Source: Myxococcota bacterium (lineage in GTDB: Bacteria; Myxococcota_A; UBA796; SXON01). From it: a DNA stretch of 64,000 nucleotides. Made by a program: the position numbers and the translations under genes. Location: positions 35,980 through 99,979 of the forward strand of contig JAZKFH010000006.1 in the NCBI GenBank assembly GCA_040386535.1, written 5' to 3'. The notes under the pieces were generated by a model, which worked only from the letters and a program-made list of their open reading frames with translations, was not told where the DNA came from and searched no databases. This document shows, in pieces, positions 26,597-37,648 of the stretch (positions within the stretch are counted from its first letter, which is position 1; each line of letters begins with the position of its first letter).

Positions 26597-26971
26597 ATGC
26601 GCTCGCTCACCTTCCTCGCCTGGGGCCTCTCGATCACCGCCGGTGCGTTGTGGATCCGCTTCGCGCGGCCGCAGCAGCACCTCCCGTTCCTGGGCACGTT
26701 GATCGCGTCCGAGCCGGTGCACGTAGTTGCGCACGCGACGTTGTACGGTGCGCTGGCGTGGCTGTGTAGTCGGCGCCTCCCCCTGCGTTGGGTGGTGCCG
26801 ACGGTGCTCGGCCTCGGCCTCGTGCAGGAGCTCGCCCAGGTGCTCGGCGTGCGCCCCCTCGCCGGGCCCGAGGTGTTCGACCTCGCGGTGGATGGGGTGG
26901 CGGCGGTCATCGTGGTGGCGATCGTGCGGTGGCGCCGACGCGGCGTTGCGGGGGCGGCCGCCGCCCGGTGA
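26597..26971 (+). CDS. VanZ-like small membrane protein
   Basis: H..AH..LYG.L, G...QEL.Q and DL..D motifs with four hydrophobic segments. Confidence 0.65.
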   Translation: MRSLTFLAWGLSITAGALWIRFARPQQHLPFLGTLIASEPVHVVAHATLYGALAWLCSRRLPLRWVVPTVLGLGLVQELAQVLGVRPLAGPEVFDLAVDGVAAVIVVAIVRWRRRGVAGAAAAR

Positions 26972-27368
26972 TCAGGCCGCGCGCTCCACCGCGGCCCTGC
27001 CAGAGAACCGAGGGACGCGCGCCGCGGTTCATGGCCGTCGCCCGCCAGGGAACCGTGAAGGCCCAGGTTTTTTGTCGGTGCGACCCACACGCCATTTCCG
27101 ATCGCTCGCGGCACGGCGCTCGTTCGGGCCTCGCCAAGGTCATGTCCTGGTGAATGCTGAGCGACCCGCGCCGGGACACGAGGGCAGAGGGGGTCCCAAG
27201 CGCGCGCGCGAGCGTGGTGAACGGTTGCATCTCCGATCGCCCGGCTGTGATGGTCGCGACCCATTCGATGCATGGGCTGATTGTTCGACCCCTTTCAGGC
27301 TCGGCATTGAAACCATCCCCGCCGGTCCGGTACCCTCGTCAACGTCGCAACCACCCGGAGCGAGAGCC

Positions 27369-27809
27369 TTGCCACTGCTTCGCCATCCCAGCCCCGACCC
27401 GTTCTTCGCCGACGTGCCGTTCCACCCCGTCACGTTCGTCATCGACGCGGGCGGGAACGGCGTGTACGGCGTGCGCCTGGAGTTCACGGGCGGCGAACTC
27501 CTCTGGGCCGACATCCAACAAGCGGGGCGGTTTGGGTGCCGCGCGGACATCTGCGGGCCGATCTTCGGGGGCGCGTTTCGGCTCGACCGGCCGCTCCTGT
27601 TCACCGTCGAGCTGGTCCCACAGCAGGCCCAGATCCTCGCGGCCCTCGCCGAGGGTCCGCACAAGGCCCACGAGGTGCTCGAACAGGCGCCCGCGGGCTC
27701 GGCGCTCCGCCGGTCGGAGTCCTGGCGCCTGCTGAGCGTGATGCAACAGCACACGCCGAGGGTCCAGTGGGGGCTGACAACCACGTGGCTGCACGAGTCG
27801 GGCCGATGA
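27369..27809 (+). CDS. Hypothetical protein (start uncertain)
   Basis: Coding-like GC3 bias in this frame; its stop overlaps the ATG of the next gene (ATGA). Confidence 0.5.
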   Translation: MPLLRHPSPDPFFADVPFHPVTFVIDAGGNGVYGVRLEFTGGELLWADIQQAGRFGCRADICGPIFGGAFRLDRPLLFTVELVPQQAQILAALAEGPHKAHEVLEQAPAGSALRRSESWRLLSVMQQHTPRVQWGLTTTWLHESGR

Positions 27810-29722
27810 GCCGCGCGCTGCTCGTCGCGCTGCTGCTCGTGGGCGGGTGTCCCAAACCGGCGCCCATCTCGGTGCCCGAGGCGCCCGCGGCGCCGCCCCG
27901 GATCCTGGTGCAGCGGGCGGCGCTTCCCAACAACGGCGAAGGCAGCACCCGCCCAGACCTCATCGTGGGGGCGAACGCCCTGGTCCTCACCCAGGAGTAC
28001 ACGGCGCAGCTCTGGGCCCGCGGCGGGGAGCGGCCGGTGATGGTCGCCGAACACGTGTCCGAGCGGATCATCAACGCGGCGGCGCTGGCGCCGTCGGGGG
28101 CCTCCGCGGCCATCGTCACGGCAACGGGCGCGGTGCGCTTCCACGCCGACGGGCGGGAAGAGGTGTTCCCGATCGACCTGTCGGCCAACAGGGTCCGTCC
28201 GGTCTTCGTCGGAGACCGCCTGTTCGTCGCGACGATGAATGTCCTTCACGATCCGGCGGCGGGACGGGAGGTCGCGTTGCCGGTAGCCGCCATGGGCCCC
28301 GCGCGGCCTACCCCGACCGAGGAGGGCTTGGGGGAGGTGGCACCGCGCGAGTTCGCGCAGGTGTCGAGCTGCGGCGACCACCTCGCGCTCGGCTACAGCG
28401 ACGGCTCGGTCGACCTCTGGCAGGGCCTGGAGCGCACCAAGAGCCTGGTCTCCGCCGGCCAGGCAGGGCTTGCGCGGTCGCTCCAGGAGCTCTCCTGGTC
28501 GGCCGACTGTCGGACCGTGCAAGTGCTGGTGCGCCTCCCGACGCCCGCCCTGCTCACCTGGGAGGTAGACGGTGCGCCGGACCAACCCAAGGAGACAGCG
28601 CTGCCCGACGAGGTGGCCCGGCAGCTCGGCGTACAGTACTTCCCGAGGGACACCGTTCAGCTGGCAGAGGACGGCCGCCTACGGCTCAAGAACACCGTGT
28701 GGCCGCGCCTCGGCGACGGGTGGGGGCTACCCAGCAGGCTCCTGCCGGAGGGAGAGAACATCCTCGATCCCGTGGGCAGCCATGCGACCGTCACCCGCGA
28801 CGGATCGCTGCATGTCGACCGCGGCGTCGTACTTGGGAGGCCGGTTTGGATGGGGGTGGCGGTCAACGGGGCGGACGCCGCGTTCTACACCACCGACGCC
28901 GTCCAACTGTTGTGGCCTGGAGGGGGGCAGCGGGTCGAGGTGAAAGATTTGCGTGCCATCGCGCTCGCGGCCGGCAAGCTCTACACGTCCGACCTGACAC
29001 CCTCGCTTCGGGTTTGGGACGTCCGGACAGGCCTGTTGGAGTCGACATTCCCGTTGGAGCAAATGGCGGGAGCGCTCGCGGTGTCACCTACGACCGGCAT
29101 CGCGGCGATCGCTGGTCACAGCTCGGGTTTCTGGATGCTCGAAGGGCCCGCGATAGAACAGATCGACCTCGGCTACAGCAGGATCTCTGCGGCTCGTTGG
29201 TCTCCGGATGGCTCCCTCCTGGGTATCGCCAGCGACGCGGACAAGGTGTGGGTCATCGACATGAACGCGCGCGTCGTCCTCGATGTTGGCACGCTCCAGA
29301 CAAGCATTGGCGAGCTGGTATGGAGCCCCGAGGGACTGATCGCTACGGGCGTGGACGGCCCGGCGCTCCTTTACCCCAACGGCGCCAAGGACGGCGTCTG
29401 GACCGAACTGGAATGGACCGGCTACCGGGCGGACATCAGCCCGGGCGGCGAACTCGCGACCATCCACGCTGGCTCCGTCTGGTTGAACGGAGCTCCATCG
29501 CTCCAGGGGGTGCGCGCGAGTCAGATCCGTTGGACAGGCGACGGGCGGCTGTGCTGGATCGGGGAGACCGCTGGGTGCATCGACCCCCACTCGGGCGTTG
29601 GCGTGCGCGTAGTCGGAGACACCGCAGGCACTCGCGTGGATCAGAGCGGCCGCGTTGACGGAGATGCGGACCTCGTGCGCGTGCATCCCCTGCCACGCAC
29701 CGCGTACCCAACTACCCCCTGA
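27806..29722 (+). CDS. WD40-repeat lipoprotein
   Basis: Lipobox LLLVGGC. Blades LALGYSDGSVDLW, LRVWDVRTG and ARWSPDGSLL. Confidence 0.8.
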   Translation: MSRALLVALLLVGGCPKPAPISVPEAPAAPPRILVQRAALPNNGEGSTRPDLIVGANALVLTQEYTAQLWARGGERPVMVAEHVSERIINAAALAPSGASAAIVTATGAVRFHADGREEVFPIDLSANRVRPVFVGDRLFVATMNVLHDPAAGREVALPVAAMGPARPTPTEEGLGEVAPREFAQVSSCGDHLALGYSDGSVDLWQGLERTKSLVSAGQAGLARSLQELSWSADCRTVQVLVRLPTPALLTWEVDGAPDQPKETALPDEVARQLGVQYFPRDTVQLAEDGRLRLKNTVWPRLGDGWGLPSRLLPEGENILDPVGSHATVTRDGSLHVDRGVVLGRPVWMGVAVNGADAAFYTTDAVQLLWPGGGQRVEVKDLRAIALAAGKLYTSDLTPSLRVWDVRTGLLESTFPLEQMAGALAVSPTTGIAAIAGHSSGFWMLEGPAIEQIDLGYSRISAARWSPDGSLLGIASDADKVWVIDMNARVVLDVGTLQTSIGELVWSPEGLIATGVDGPALLYPNGAKDGVWTELEWTGYRADISPGGELATIHAGSVWLNGAPSLQGVRASQIRWTGDGRLCWIGETAGCIDPHSGVGVRVVGDTAGTRVDQSGRVDGDADLVRVHPLPRTAYPTTP

Positions 29723-29740
29723 CCGCACGGAGCCGAACCC

Positions 29741-31098
29741 ATGGGTTCAATGTCCTTTCAAAGTGTCGACTCGGGCGTACAGGCCGCCAACCAGACCAGC
29801 CGGGACACTGGGAGTGAAGCAGGCGTCCAAGGCCAGGGGAGGTCTCGCTCAGCGAGCGCGGCGCTCGACAAGTTAGCGGGTGGGACGAACGGAACGGCGC
29901 CGCCTCTCGACGTCGGCTCCGTGGACAGTGGCACCCGGTTTGCGAAGGTAGCGAGCGCCGCGCTCGACGCGCTCGTGCCGGGTCCCGGGTCGTTCGCCAA
30001 CCTGACCATCGTCGGTCACTTTCCCATCTACTCGGTGGGAGCGATGACAGTCTTCTTCGAGCCCTCGCTCCTGCTTCAGGCCGCCCGCACCGCCAAGGGC
30101 AAGTTGGAGGCCACCATCGAGCTCGTCCTCGGTCTGAAGGCCGAAGCCGGAGCGTCGGGTGACACGTGGTGGTCGACCCTCCTCGCCTATCTGAAGGCTT
30201 ACGTGAAAGGCTCCATCAAGATCGTGGCAGACAACGCCGCTGAGGTCTTCAACCATTCATGCTCACGTTACGGATGGCCGTAGATCGAGCCTGCGAGGCG
30301 ATGGAGGCCGAGGACGAGCTGAGGACGGCGATCGTCGACAGCGTAATGACGCCGGAGAAACAGAAGCAGACCGCGAAGGGGATGGATACGGAGGACGGCG
30401 TGACGCTTGCGGTCGGCGTGGGGGTTGAAGCGGGTGCTAAGACGCCGGTCGGGAATGCGAAGGGCTCCGCGGACCTCGAGTATGCCACCACCATCAGCAA
30501 CACCGTTCGCGACGACGACGTGGAGGTCAGCACCCGAACCTCCCTCACCTTCAAAGGCGAGCTCGAACTCAAGAAGCTCGAAATGAAGACCACCCCCGGT
30601 CTCACCTTCGTGTTCGAGGGGGGCCAGCTCTCCCAATGGTACTTCAGCCTCTCCGGCGCCAAGGAGCTCACCCTGACGAAGCTGAACCAGCTCGTGCTGG
30701 TCGGCGCCGACTGGGGCCAGGATCTCGTCAACGGGATGGCGAACATGATCGCCATGGCAGGCAAGCAGGAGCAGAGCGTCGCCCAGGCAACGAGCCTCCT
30801 CTCGTCCATCGCGGTCGGCCCCGAGGCGCTGAAGTACACGGTGTTCGGCACCAGCCTGCGGGAGGCCGCCACCCATCCGAGCTTCGCGGGACAGTCGGCG
30901 ATGGCGGTCGAGCTCTGTTTGGGCGGGCAGGTGGGCTGGAGCGCCGCGAAGGGCCTCGAGATCAAGGCCAGCGTGGGGACCGGCACCAGCTGGTCACTCG
31001 GCACCGAGGGCGTGACCCCCCTCTTCATCGCCGCCAAGAGCGGCGACACCATCGTGTCGTTCAGCTACGACAGCGTCGACGGCCTCGCGCCCACCTGA
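29741..31098 (+). pseudogene. Hypothetical protein split by an apparent 1-bp frameshift near 30257 (ORFs 29741-30283 and 30259-31098)
   Basis: AEVFN-CAT-TC-ATG-CTC: adding one base joins both ORFs into a single ~450-aa frame. Confidence 0.55.
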
Positions 31099-31119
31099 CC
31101 CTCGCGGCGCCCCCCCGGC

Positions 31120-33876
31120 TCAACGCGCCCGGTTCGCCCCGTCCGGATCCAGCGCCACCCAGCGGCGCTCGGTCTCGCCGCGCCAGTCGTACACCTCGAC
31201 GGGGACGCCGATCCGGCTCGCCTGCTCGTCCAGCGCGGCCCGCTCGGCGGGCGTGGTGTAGGGCCCCGACACCACGAACACCTCGTGTCCGACACACGGG
31301 GCGAGCGCGCGCGCGACGCTCGTGCCGGTGACGGCCGCGAGGCGCGCCGGTTGCGCGGAGGCCGACTCCGGCCACCCCGCCCGCCACGCCGCAGTGAGCC
31401 AGTTGAGCGCCTGGACGCCGGTGAACCGCACGAGGAGCTCGGTCCTGGTGCGCGCGGCCAGGTGGCGGCGGACGTCGGGGTCGTCGGCGGCCAGCGTGGC
31501 GAGCCCGTCGAGGAGCGCGCGTGCCGCGAGGAGCGCGTCGCCTACGCGGTCGTGCGCGAACATGCCCCGGAGGCGGAGGCCCGCCGCGCCCCCTTCCCAG
31601 GTGGTGACGACGGCGTCCGCATCGTGCGACCACCCGCTCCGACGCCAGGCGCCCGCCACCCGCTCGGACACCAGCAGGTCCACCACGTCCAGCGTCTCCG
31701 GGGTGCTGGTGCCGTCCACCTGGCAGGTCGCGCGCACCGTGGAGAAGGCCTTGCCGGCGTCGCCGAGGAGCAGGACTTGTCGGGCCGGGGGCGGGGGTGG
31801 CGGGGCCAGCGTCGGGAGCGGCGTGGGGGCACGACCGCGGCCCTTCCAGCCGCCCAGGCGGCGGGCGACGAGGGCCTCGACCGCGGCGGGGTCTACGTTT
31901 CCGACGACGTGGAGCGTCGCGTTCGCGGGGTGGCGCACGCGGTCCCGCCACGCGGCGACCTGGGCGTCCGTCGTGGCGCGCGCGACCAGCAGGCGATCAT
32001 CGTCGAGCGCGCGGAGGGACACCGGGTGCCCGGGGAACAGCCGGTCGGACGAGAGAGCGGCCGCCCACCATTGCGCGGACTGCCGCGCCTCGTGGAGCCG
32101 ACGCGCCTGGTTCTCCACGAAGTCGCCGCGGTCCTGCCAGGCGAGCTCCACGCCGTCCAGCCGCAGGCGCAGGAAGAAGAGGACGGCGTCGAGGTTGCCC
32201 GCGAAGGCCTCGTACGTGAGCCCGGCATGAAGATCCATCGCGTACGGCTCCTGGCGCGCGCCCATCGAGCCTAGCGCCTCCGTCACGCCGAACCCGATGT
32301 TCCGCGGCGCGAAGATCTCCATCTCCGCGAGCAGCGCGGAGATGCCCGGCGTGGTCTCGTGGAGCGCGCCGCCGCGGAAGTCCATCCGCACGTGGACGCG
32401 CGGGAGCTGACCGAACGGCCAGACGACGACGCGCAGACCCGTGGGCAGCACGAAGGAGCGGACGGCCGCGAGGTCGGGGCGCGCGAGGTCGGCGCCCGCG
32501 AGGTCGGGGGGCGCGGTTACGACGGGCGCGGCGACGACGGGCGCGGCGGCAAGCGCGGCCGCGGGACGGACCAGCCCAGGCCGCGTGGCGGGAACCAGCA
32601 CGACGCCCGCGGACCGCTCGGGGGTGAGCCAATTCTCGGCGAACGCCGTGACCCGGCGTGGATCCACCTTGCCGAGGGCGTCGAGCAACGCGCCGGCGTG
32701 GGTGGGCGCGCCGGCGAGGTGGGCGGCCAGGGCGGCGCCGGCACCGTCTTCTTCGAAGGGGTGCCCGGAGAGCTCGGCCTCCCAGAGCACCCGCCGCAGG
32801 AGCGACACCGACGCGGCCGCGAGGACCCGCGGCTCCGCCAGGGCGCGGGCCTGCGCGACCCCGCTCTCCGCCGGCACCCAGTTGGCCGGCACCCAGTTCG
32901 CAGGCGGCTCCTCGCCGAGCGGCTCGACGCACCACAGCATCGACGCGAGGCGTCCCCGGATGCGCCCGCACGTCCGCGGCCGCCTCCCGTCGATCCGCAA
33001 CGCCTCCACCGCGAGCTCGCCCAGCACGTCGTCCTCCCCCCAGCCGGCCGGGAGCGACCACGCGTACACCTTCGTGGGCGAGGCCACCGCCGCCACGATC
33101 CGGGGCACCTCGCGCGGCGTCGCCGTCGACGGCCGCGCAGGTGGCGGCGCGAGCCGGTGCGGGAGACGGCTGGCGCACGCCACCGGCGGGGCGCCCTCCG
33201 GGACGCTCGTCACGGCCGCGGGCAGGACGCGGGCGGCGAGCGCGTGGGCCGTGGCGTCGTCCACGTCGCCGGTCACGTGGAGGGTGGCGTTCGCGGGGTG
33301 GTACCAACGCGCCGCCGCGGCGCGGAGGTCCTCGGCGGTGAGCTCGGCGATGGCGTCGCGCGAGGGGAAGGCGCGGTGGTAGGGGTGCTCCTTCGGGAAG
33401 AGCGCGGTGTACAGCGGGCCGACCACCGCGGGCGCGGTGCCGAGCCGGGCCCACAACGCGTCCTCCAGCCCCACCCGCGCGGCCTCCAGGGACGTGGGCG
33501 TGAGCCCGGCCAGCGGATCGACGAGGCGCTGGCCCTGCAACGCGAGCACGCGCTCGAGGTCGGCGGCCGGCGCGAGCGTCACGAACGTCGTCACGTCCGG
33601 ATGCGCGCCGCCCCCTTGGAGGGCGCCCAGCCCCTCGCCGGCCAGGGTCGCCACGTCGTGGAGGAGCTCGGCCACGCCCTCCTTCCGCGGCGGATCGGAC
33701 GCGCGCCCCCCGTCGACCACGAGGGTCACGGTCACCGTCGCCTGCCGCCGGTCCTCGGCGACCACCATGCGCAGCCCGCTCGCGAAACAGTGGTCCGTGG
33801 CCTCGAAGCGGTACCGCTGGATGTCGGGCGCGAAGGACGGGCGGGCGACGGCGAGCGGGAGCAGGGCGAGGAGCAT
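31120..33876 (-). CDS. M16 (insulinase/pitrilysin) family protein, double module, probably non-catalytic
   Basis: SGLRMVV, GVAELLHDV (HxxEH lost), HPYHR, WYHPANATL.V.GD; second module LPTGLRVVV...HPANATLHVVGN. N-terminal signal peptide. Confidence 0.85.
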   Translation of the reverse strand: MLLALLPLAVARPSFAPDIQRYRFEATDHCFASGLRMVVAEDRRQATVTVTLVVDGGRASDPPRKEGVAELLHDVATLAGEGLGALQGGGAHPDVTTFVTLAPAADLERVLALQGQRLVDPLAGLTPTSLEAARVGLEDALWARLGTAPAVVGPLYTALFPKEHPYHRAFPSRDAIAELTAEDLRAAAARWYHPANATLHVTGDVDDATAHALAARVLPAAVTSVPEGAPPVACASRLPHRLAPPPARPSTATPREVPRIVAAVASPTKVYAWSLPAGWGEDDVLGELAVEALRIDGRRPRTCGRIRGRLASMLWCVEPLGEEPPANWVPANWVPAESGVAQARALAEPRVLAAASVSLLRRVLWEAELSGHPFEEDGAGAALAAHLAGAPTHAGALLDALGKVDPRRVTAFAENWLTPERSAGVVLVPATRPGLVRPAAALAAAPVVAAPVVTAPPDLAGADLARPDLAAVRSFVLPTGLRVVVWPFGQLPRVHVRMDFRGGALHETTPGISALLAEMEIFAPRNIGFGVTEALGSMGARQEPYAMDLHAGLTYEAFAGNLDAVLFFLRLRLDGVELAWQDRGDFVENQARRLHEARQSAQWWAAALSSDRLFPGHPVSLRALDDDRLLVARATTDAQVAAWRDRVRHPANATLHVVGNVDPAAVEALVARRLGGWKGRGRAPTPLPTLAPPPPPPARQVLLLGDAGKAFSTVRATCQVDGTSTPETLDVVDLLVSERVAGAWRRSGWSHDADAVVTTWEGGAAGLRLRGMFAHDRVGDALLAARALLDGLATLAADDPDVRRHLAARTRTELLVRFTGVQALNWLTAAWRAGWPESASAQPARLAAVTGTSVARALAPCVGHEVFVVSGPYTTPAERAALDEQASRIGVPVEVYDWRGETERRWVALDPDGANRAR

Positions 33877-34013
33877 TCGGACGGGCACCGGGGTCGAGGG
33901 GCGGGGGGCGAGGCGGGCGCGCGCCGTGCGCTCGCGACGTCCTATGGCGCCGGTTCCGCCCCGGCCCTCGCGATGCCGGCCCCCGGTCGGAGTCCCCGGT
34001 TAGAGTCGCAGTC

Positions 34014-34814
34014 GTGCCGCGTCCCCGCACCCACCCCGCGCTCCTCGGGAGCCTCCCAGCACTCCTCGGGAGCCTCTCGCTCGCGGCGTGTGGCCCCTCA
34101 CTTCCGACGCCGCCGCCGCCCACGGTCGTCGACCCGGGCCAGGCGTGGAACGTCCGCCTCGGGCAGGTGGTGTCGCCGCAGGGGCTGGTGGACTACGCCT
34201 CGCTCCGCGCCGATCCGAAGGCGCTCCGGGACTTCGTGGGCTGGGCGGCCCGCCACGGCCCCGAGGCCGACAAGTGGCGCCTCACCGACGACAACCGTCG
34301 TCTCGCATACTCGCTCAACGTGCTCAACGCCCTCACGTTGTGGGCGGTGGTGGAGGGCGCCGAGCGCCCCACGGACCGCCGCCCCTTCGCCACGCTCCGG
34401 TTCGCCATCGACGACGAGGTGGTGCGCGCCGACCGCTACCTGTCCGACCGCGTCCTGGCCATCTTCGAGGAGCCGCTCGCCGTCGCCGCGCTCGGCTGCG
34501 CGGCACGCGCCTGCCCGCCGGTCCCCGCGCGCCTGTTCACCAAGGCGGACCTCGACGTGGACCTGGCGGCGCAGATGGGCCGCTGGATCGCGAGCGGGCG
34601 GCTGGTACGCGCGGAAGGCGACACCCTGGTGTTCTCCCCGGCGCTCCGCCCCTGGATTGAGGCGTTCGAGCGGCACGACGGGGCGGCCACCCCCTGCGAC
34701 ATCGTCGCCCCCTACGTTCCCAAGGCGTCCAAGGCGGCGCTGGGGCCGCTGCTGGAGGGCGCCAGGTGCCGGTACACGTGGGGCGCGTGGGACGGGGCGC
34801 TGGACGGCACGTAG
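34014..34814 (+). CDS. DUF547-domain lipoprotein
   Basis: LSLAAC lipobox, GLVDYASL, LAY.LN.LNALT and ALGCAARACPP. Confidence 0.85.
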   Translation: MPRPRTHPALLGSLPALLGSLSLAACGPSLPTPPPPTVVDPGQAWNVRLGQVVSPQGLVDYASLRADPKALRDFVGWAARHGPEADKWRLTDDNRRLAYSLNVLNALTLWAVVEGAERPTDRRPFATLRFAIDDEVVRADRYLSDRVLAIFEEPLAVAALGCAARACPPVPARLFTKADLDVDLAAQMGRWIASGRLVRAEGDTLVFSPALRPWIEAFERHDGAATPCDIVAPYVPKASKAALGPLLEGARCRYTWGAWDGALDGT

Positions 34815-34837
34815 CCGCGCTCCAGCTCCCCCCGTCG

Positions 34838-36496
34838 TCAGGCCGTGATGCCCCGCACGCGCGGGAGGATGACGCAGAACAACGCGCCGCCGCCCGGGTT
34901 GTCCCGCACCTCGATGCGGCCGCCGTGGTCCTGCACGATGCGCGCGCTCACGGAGAGCCCGAGGCCGGTTCCCTGGCTGGCCGGCTTCGTGGTGAAGAAC
35001 GGCTCGAAGATGCGACTGCGGATCACCTCGGGCACCCCGGGGCCGCGGTCGCGCACCTCGACCGCCACGCGGTCCGCATCGAGCGCCACGACCTCGACCG
35101 TCACGGGATCTCCGCCGGTCTGCAACGCGTTGGCGAGCAGGTTCACGAAGACCTGCTCGAGGCGGTTGCTGTCTCCCAGCACCACGAGGCCGCTCGGGCA
35201 CGAGGCCTCGACGCCGCGGGCGAGCGCGCCCACGGTGAGCTCGCGCGCCATGGTGACGACCGCGCCCACGTCCACCGGGGACATCGTGGGGCCGCCGCTC
35301 CGCGCGAAGTTGCGCAGGTTGTCGACCATGCTGGTCATGCGCTCGACCGCCCGCGTCATCACGTCGAGCGCGCGGTTCTGGGCGGGCGGCGCCAGGGCGC
35401 CCTCGCGCAGCAGCTCGACGTAGCCGCCGAGCACGTTGAGCGGCTGGTTGAGCTCGTGCACGAGGCCGGCGGCGAGCTCGCCGATGCTGGAGAGCTTGGC
35501 GGCCTGGATGAGCTGCTCCTGCGTGCGGTCGAGCTCCTCGCGCCCGAGCGCCGCGCGCAGCTCCATCGCGTGCGCCTGCCGCGCCATCTGGTCCATCACG
35601 CGCTCGCGCACGTGCGCGGTGGCGAGCATGCGGGCCACGTCGGTCGCCAGCGCGACCTCGTCCACCAGGAACACCTCGCGCTCGTCCCCGTACAGCTCGA
35701 CGAAACCGAACACCGCCTCAGAGGCCTCGAGCGGGGCGTAGAGCGCGCAGCGGACGCCGTTCGCCGCGTGCGGGCGCAGCGCCGGGTACAGATCGACGGA
35801 AGGGCCCACCACCACCTGCACCGCTGCGCGGCGCGCCCGGGAGAGGCCGGCGGGCGAGGCCGCCACGAGCACCCGCGGCTCGGTGTTCGCCGGCTCGCCA
35901 TCGCGACGGCAGACGTACACGCGCAGCGTGTCGTCCTCCAGCAACGTCACGCGCGCCTCGCGGATCGGCATCACCCGCTCCAGGCGCTCCAGCACGAAGA
36001 TCGCGAGCTCCGAGAGGCCCACCCCGCGGCCGACCGCCATCGCCACCGCCTGGCGCACGTCCCCGAAACGGGCGGCCTGCCGCAGCTGCCGCACCTCGCG
36101 GTCCGCGGCGCGCAGGCGCACCACGAGGCCCGCCATCTCCGCCGGCACCGGGCCCCCGCCGGCTTCGAAGTACATGCCCTCCATCCCGCTCCCCTCGCCG
36201 TGGATCGGCACCGCCGTGGCGCGCCCGGCGAGCCCCACGTCCCCCTCCCAGAACCCGTCCGACTGGCAGGCCTCGCGCATCCGCCGCCGCACGTCGGCCG
36301 ACGGGACGATCGCCTCGAGGGTCTGCGCCGTACAACCGGCGCGCAGGCCCGCGAGGTTGACGAAGTGCACGAATTCGTCGGGGAACGAGACGACCACGCC
36401 AGGAACCGGCGTGCGTTCGAGCACGTCCTGCCAGCGGCGTACGAACGCCGCTACGCCCGGTGCCGTCCGTTGCGTGTCCTCCCCCAAACCGCGCAT
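34838..36496 (-). CDS. Cytoplasmic sensor histidine kinase (PAS/GAF-like input, NtrB-type)
   Basis: H-box LVHELNQPL, N-box QVFVNLLANA, DRGPG, FEPFFTTK and GTGLGL. Confidence 0.93.
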   Translation of the reverse strand: MRGLGEDTQRTAPGVAAFVRRWQDVLERTPVPGVVVSFPDEFVHFVNLAGLRAGCTAQTLEAIVPSADVRRRMREACQSDGFWEGDVGLAGRATAVPIHGEGSGMEGMYFEAGGGPVPAEMAGLVVRLRAADREVRQLRQAARFGDVRQAVAMAVGRGVGLSELAIFVLERLERVMPIREARVTLLEDDTLRVYVCRRDGEPANTEPRVLVAASPAGLSRARRAAVQVVVGPSVDLYPALRPHAANGVRCALYAPLEASEAVFGFVELYGDEREVFLVDEVALATDVARMLATAHVRERVMDQMARQAHAMELRAALGREELDRTQEQLIQAAKLSSIGELAAGLVHELNQPLNVLGGYVELLREGALAPPAQNRALDVMTRAVERMTSMVDNLRNFARSGGPTMSPVDVGAVVTMARELTVGALARGVEASCPSGLVVLGDSNRLEQVFVNLLANALQTGGDPVTVEVVALDADRVAVEVRDRGPGVPEVIRSRIFEPFFTTKPASQGTGLGLSVSARIVQDHGGRIEVRDNPGGGALFCVILPRVRGITA

Positions 36497-36682
36497 GACC
36501 CGAAGCGTACGGGGCAAGCAGGTGGGGGTCAACAACGGCCGCGTTGATCGGGACGCGGGTCCGGGGTAGAGGAGCGCCCCCGCGCGGTGCCTCGAACGCG
36601 GTGGGGCACGGCGGTCCCTCTCGCGAGGGATCCTTCCCGCGGGCGGTCGGGCAACTGTCTTCGTCGGGGCCCCGGAGGTCGA

Positions 36683-37648
36683 ATGCGCGGAGAACGGGTG
36701 GTCAAGAACGCCAGGGCGCCGAAGCCGGAGTGGCTCAAGGTGCGCATGCCGAGCGGCGAGCGCTACACCGCGATCAAGGCGCGGGCGCGCGAGCTGAAGC
36801 TCCACACGGTGTGCGAGGAGGCCCAGTGCCCCAACATCGGGGAGTGCTGGAGCAGCGGCACGGCCACGTTCATGGTGATGGGGGACACGTGTACGCGAGG
36901 TTGCCGCTTCTGCGCGGTCGCCACCTCCCGCAACCCCGCGCCGCTCGATCCGATGGAGCCGGTCAACGTCGCCAACGCCATCGCCGAGATGGGGCTCGAC
37001 TACGTGGTCGTCACCTCGGTCAACCGGGACGATCAGCCCGACCAGGGCGCGGGCCACTTCGCCGCGTGCATTCGGGAGATCCGGGCGCGCAACCCCCACA
37101 CGCTGGTCGAGGTCCTCATCCCCGACATGCGCGGGGATCTCGGCCTGCTCGACATCATCCTCGACGCCGGGCCCGACGTGCTCGCCCACAACGTCGAGTG
37201 TGTGCCGCGTCTCCAGGCGCAGGTGCGCGATCCGCGTGCGAATTGGGCTCAGTCCGTGGCGATCCTCCAGGGCGCGAAGGCGCGCGGCGCGGGCTCGGGC
37301 AGGAACGGGGCCCAGCTCACCAAGACCAGCCTCCAGGTCGGCCACGGGGAGACCGAGGCCGAGCTCCTCGAGGCGATGGCGCTCCTCCGCACGTTCGACG
37401 TCGATTTCCTCACCATCGGCCAGTACCTGCGCCCCTCGATGACGCACCTGCCGGTCGTCGAGTACGTCACCCCCGAGGTGTTCGCGCGGCTCGAGGTCGC
37501 GGGCACGGCGATGGGGTTCCAGTACGTCGCCAGCGGGCCGCTGGTACGGTCCTCTTACAAAGCGGGCGAGTTCTTCATCGCCCAGCACCTGCGGTCGCGC
37601 GCGGCGCACCAGACCGCGGCCGCCGCCGGCACCACGGAGCACACATGA
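36683..37648 (+). CDS. lipA: Lipoyl synthase
   Basis: KPEWLK, TVCEEAQCPNIGECW, CTRGCRFC, VRSSYKA; GGAGG SD. Confidence 0.97.
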   Translation: MRGERVVKNARAPKPEWLKVRMPSGERYTAIKARARELKLHTVCEEAQCPNIGECWSSGTATFMVMGDTCTRGCRFCAVATSRNPAPLDPMEPVNVANAIAEMGLDYVVVTSVNRDDQPDQGAGHFAACIREIRARNPHTLVEVLIPDMRGDLGLLDIILDAGPDVLAHNVECVPRLQAQVRDPRANWAQSVAILQGAKARGAGSGRNGAQLTKTSLQVGHGETEAELLEAMALLRTFDVDFLTIGQYLRPSMTHLPVVEYVTPEVFARLEVAGTAMGFQYVASGPLVRSSYKAGEFFIAQHLRSRAAHQTAAAAGTTEHT

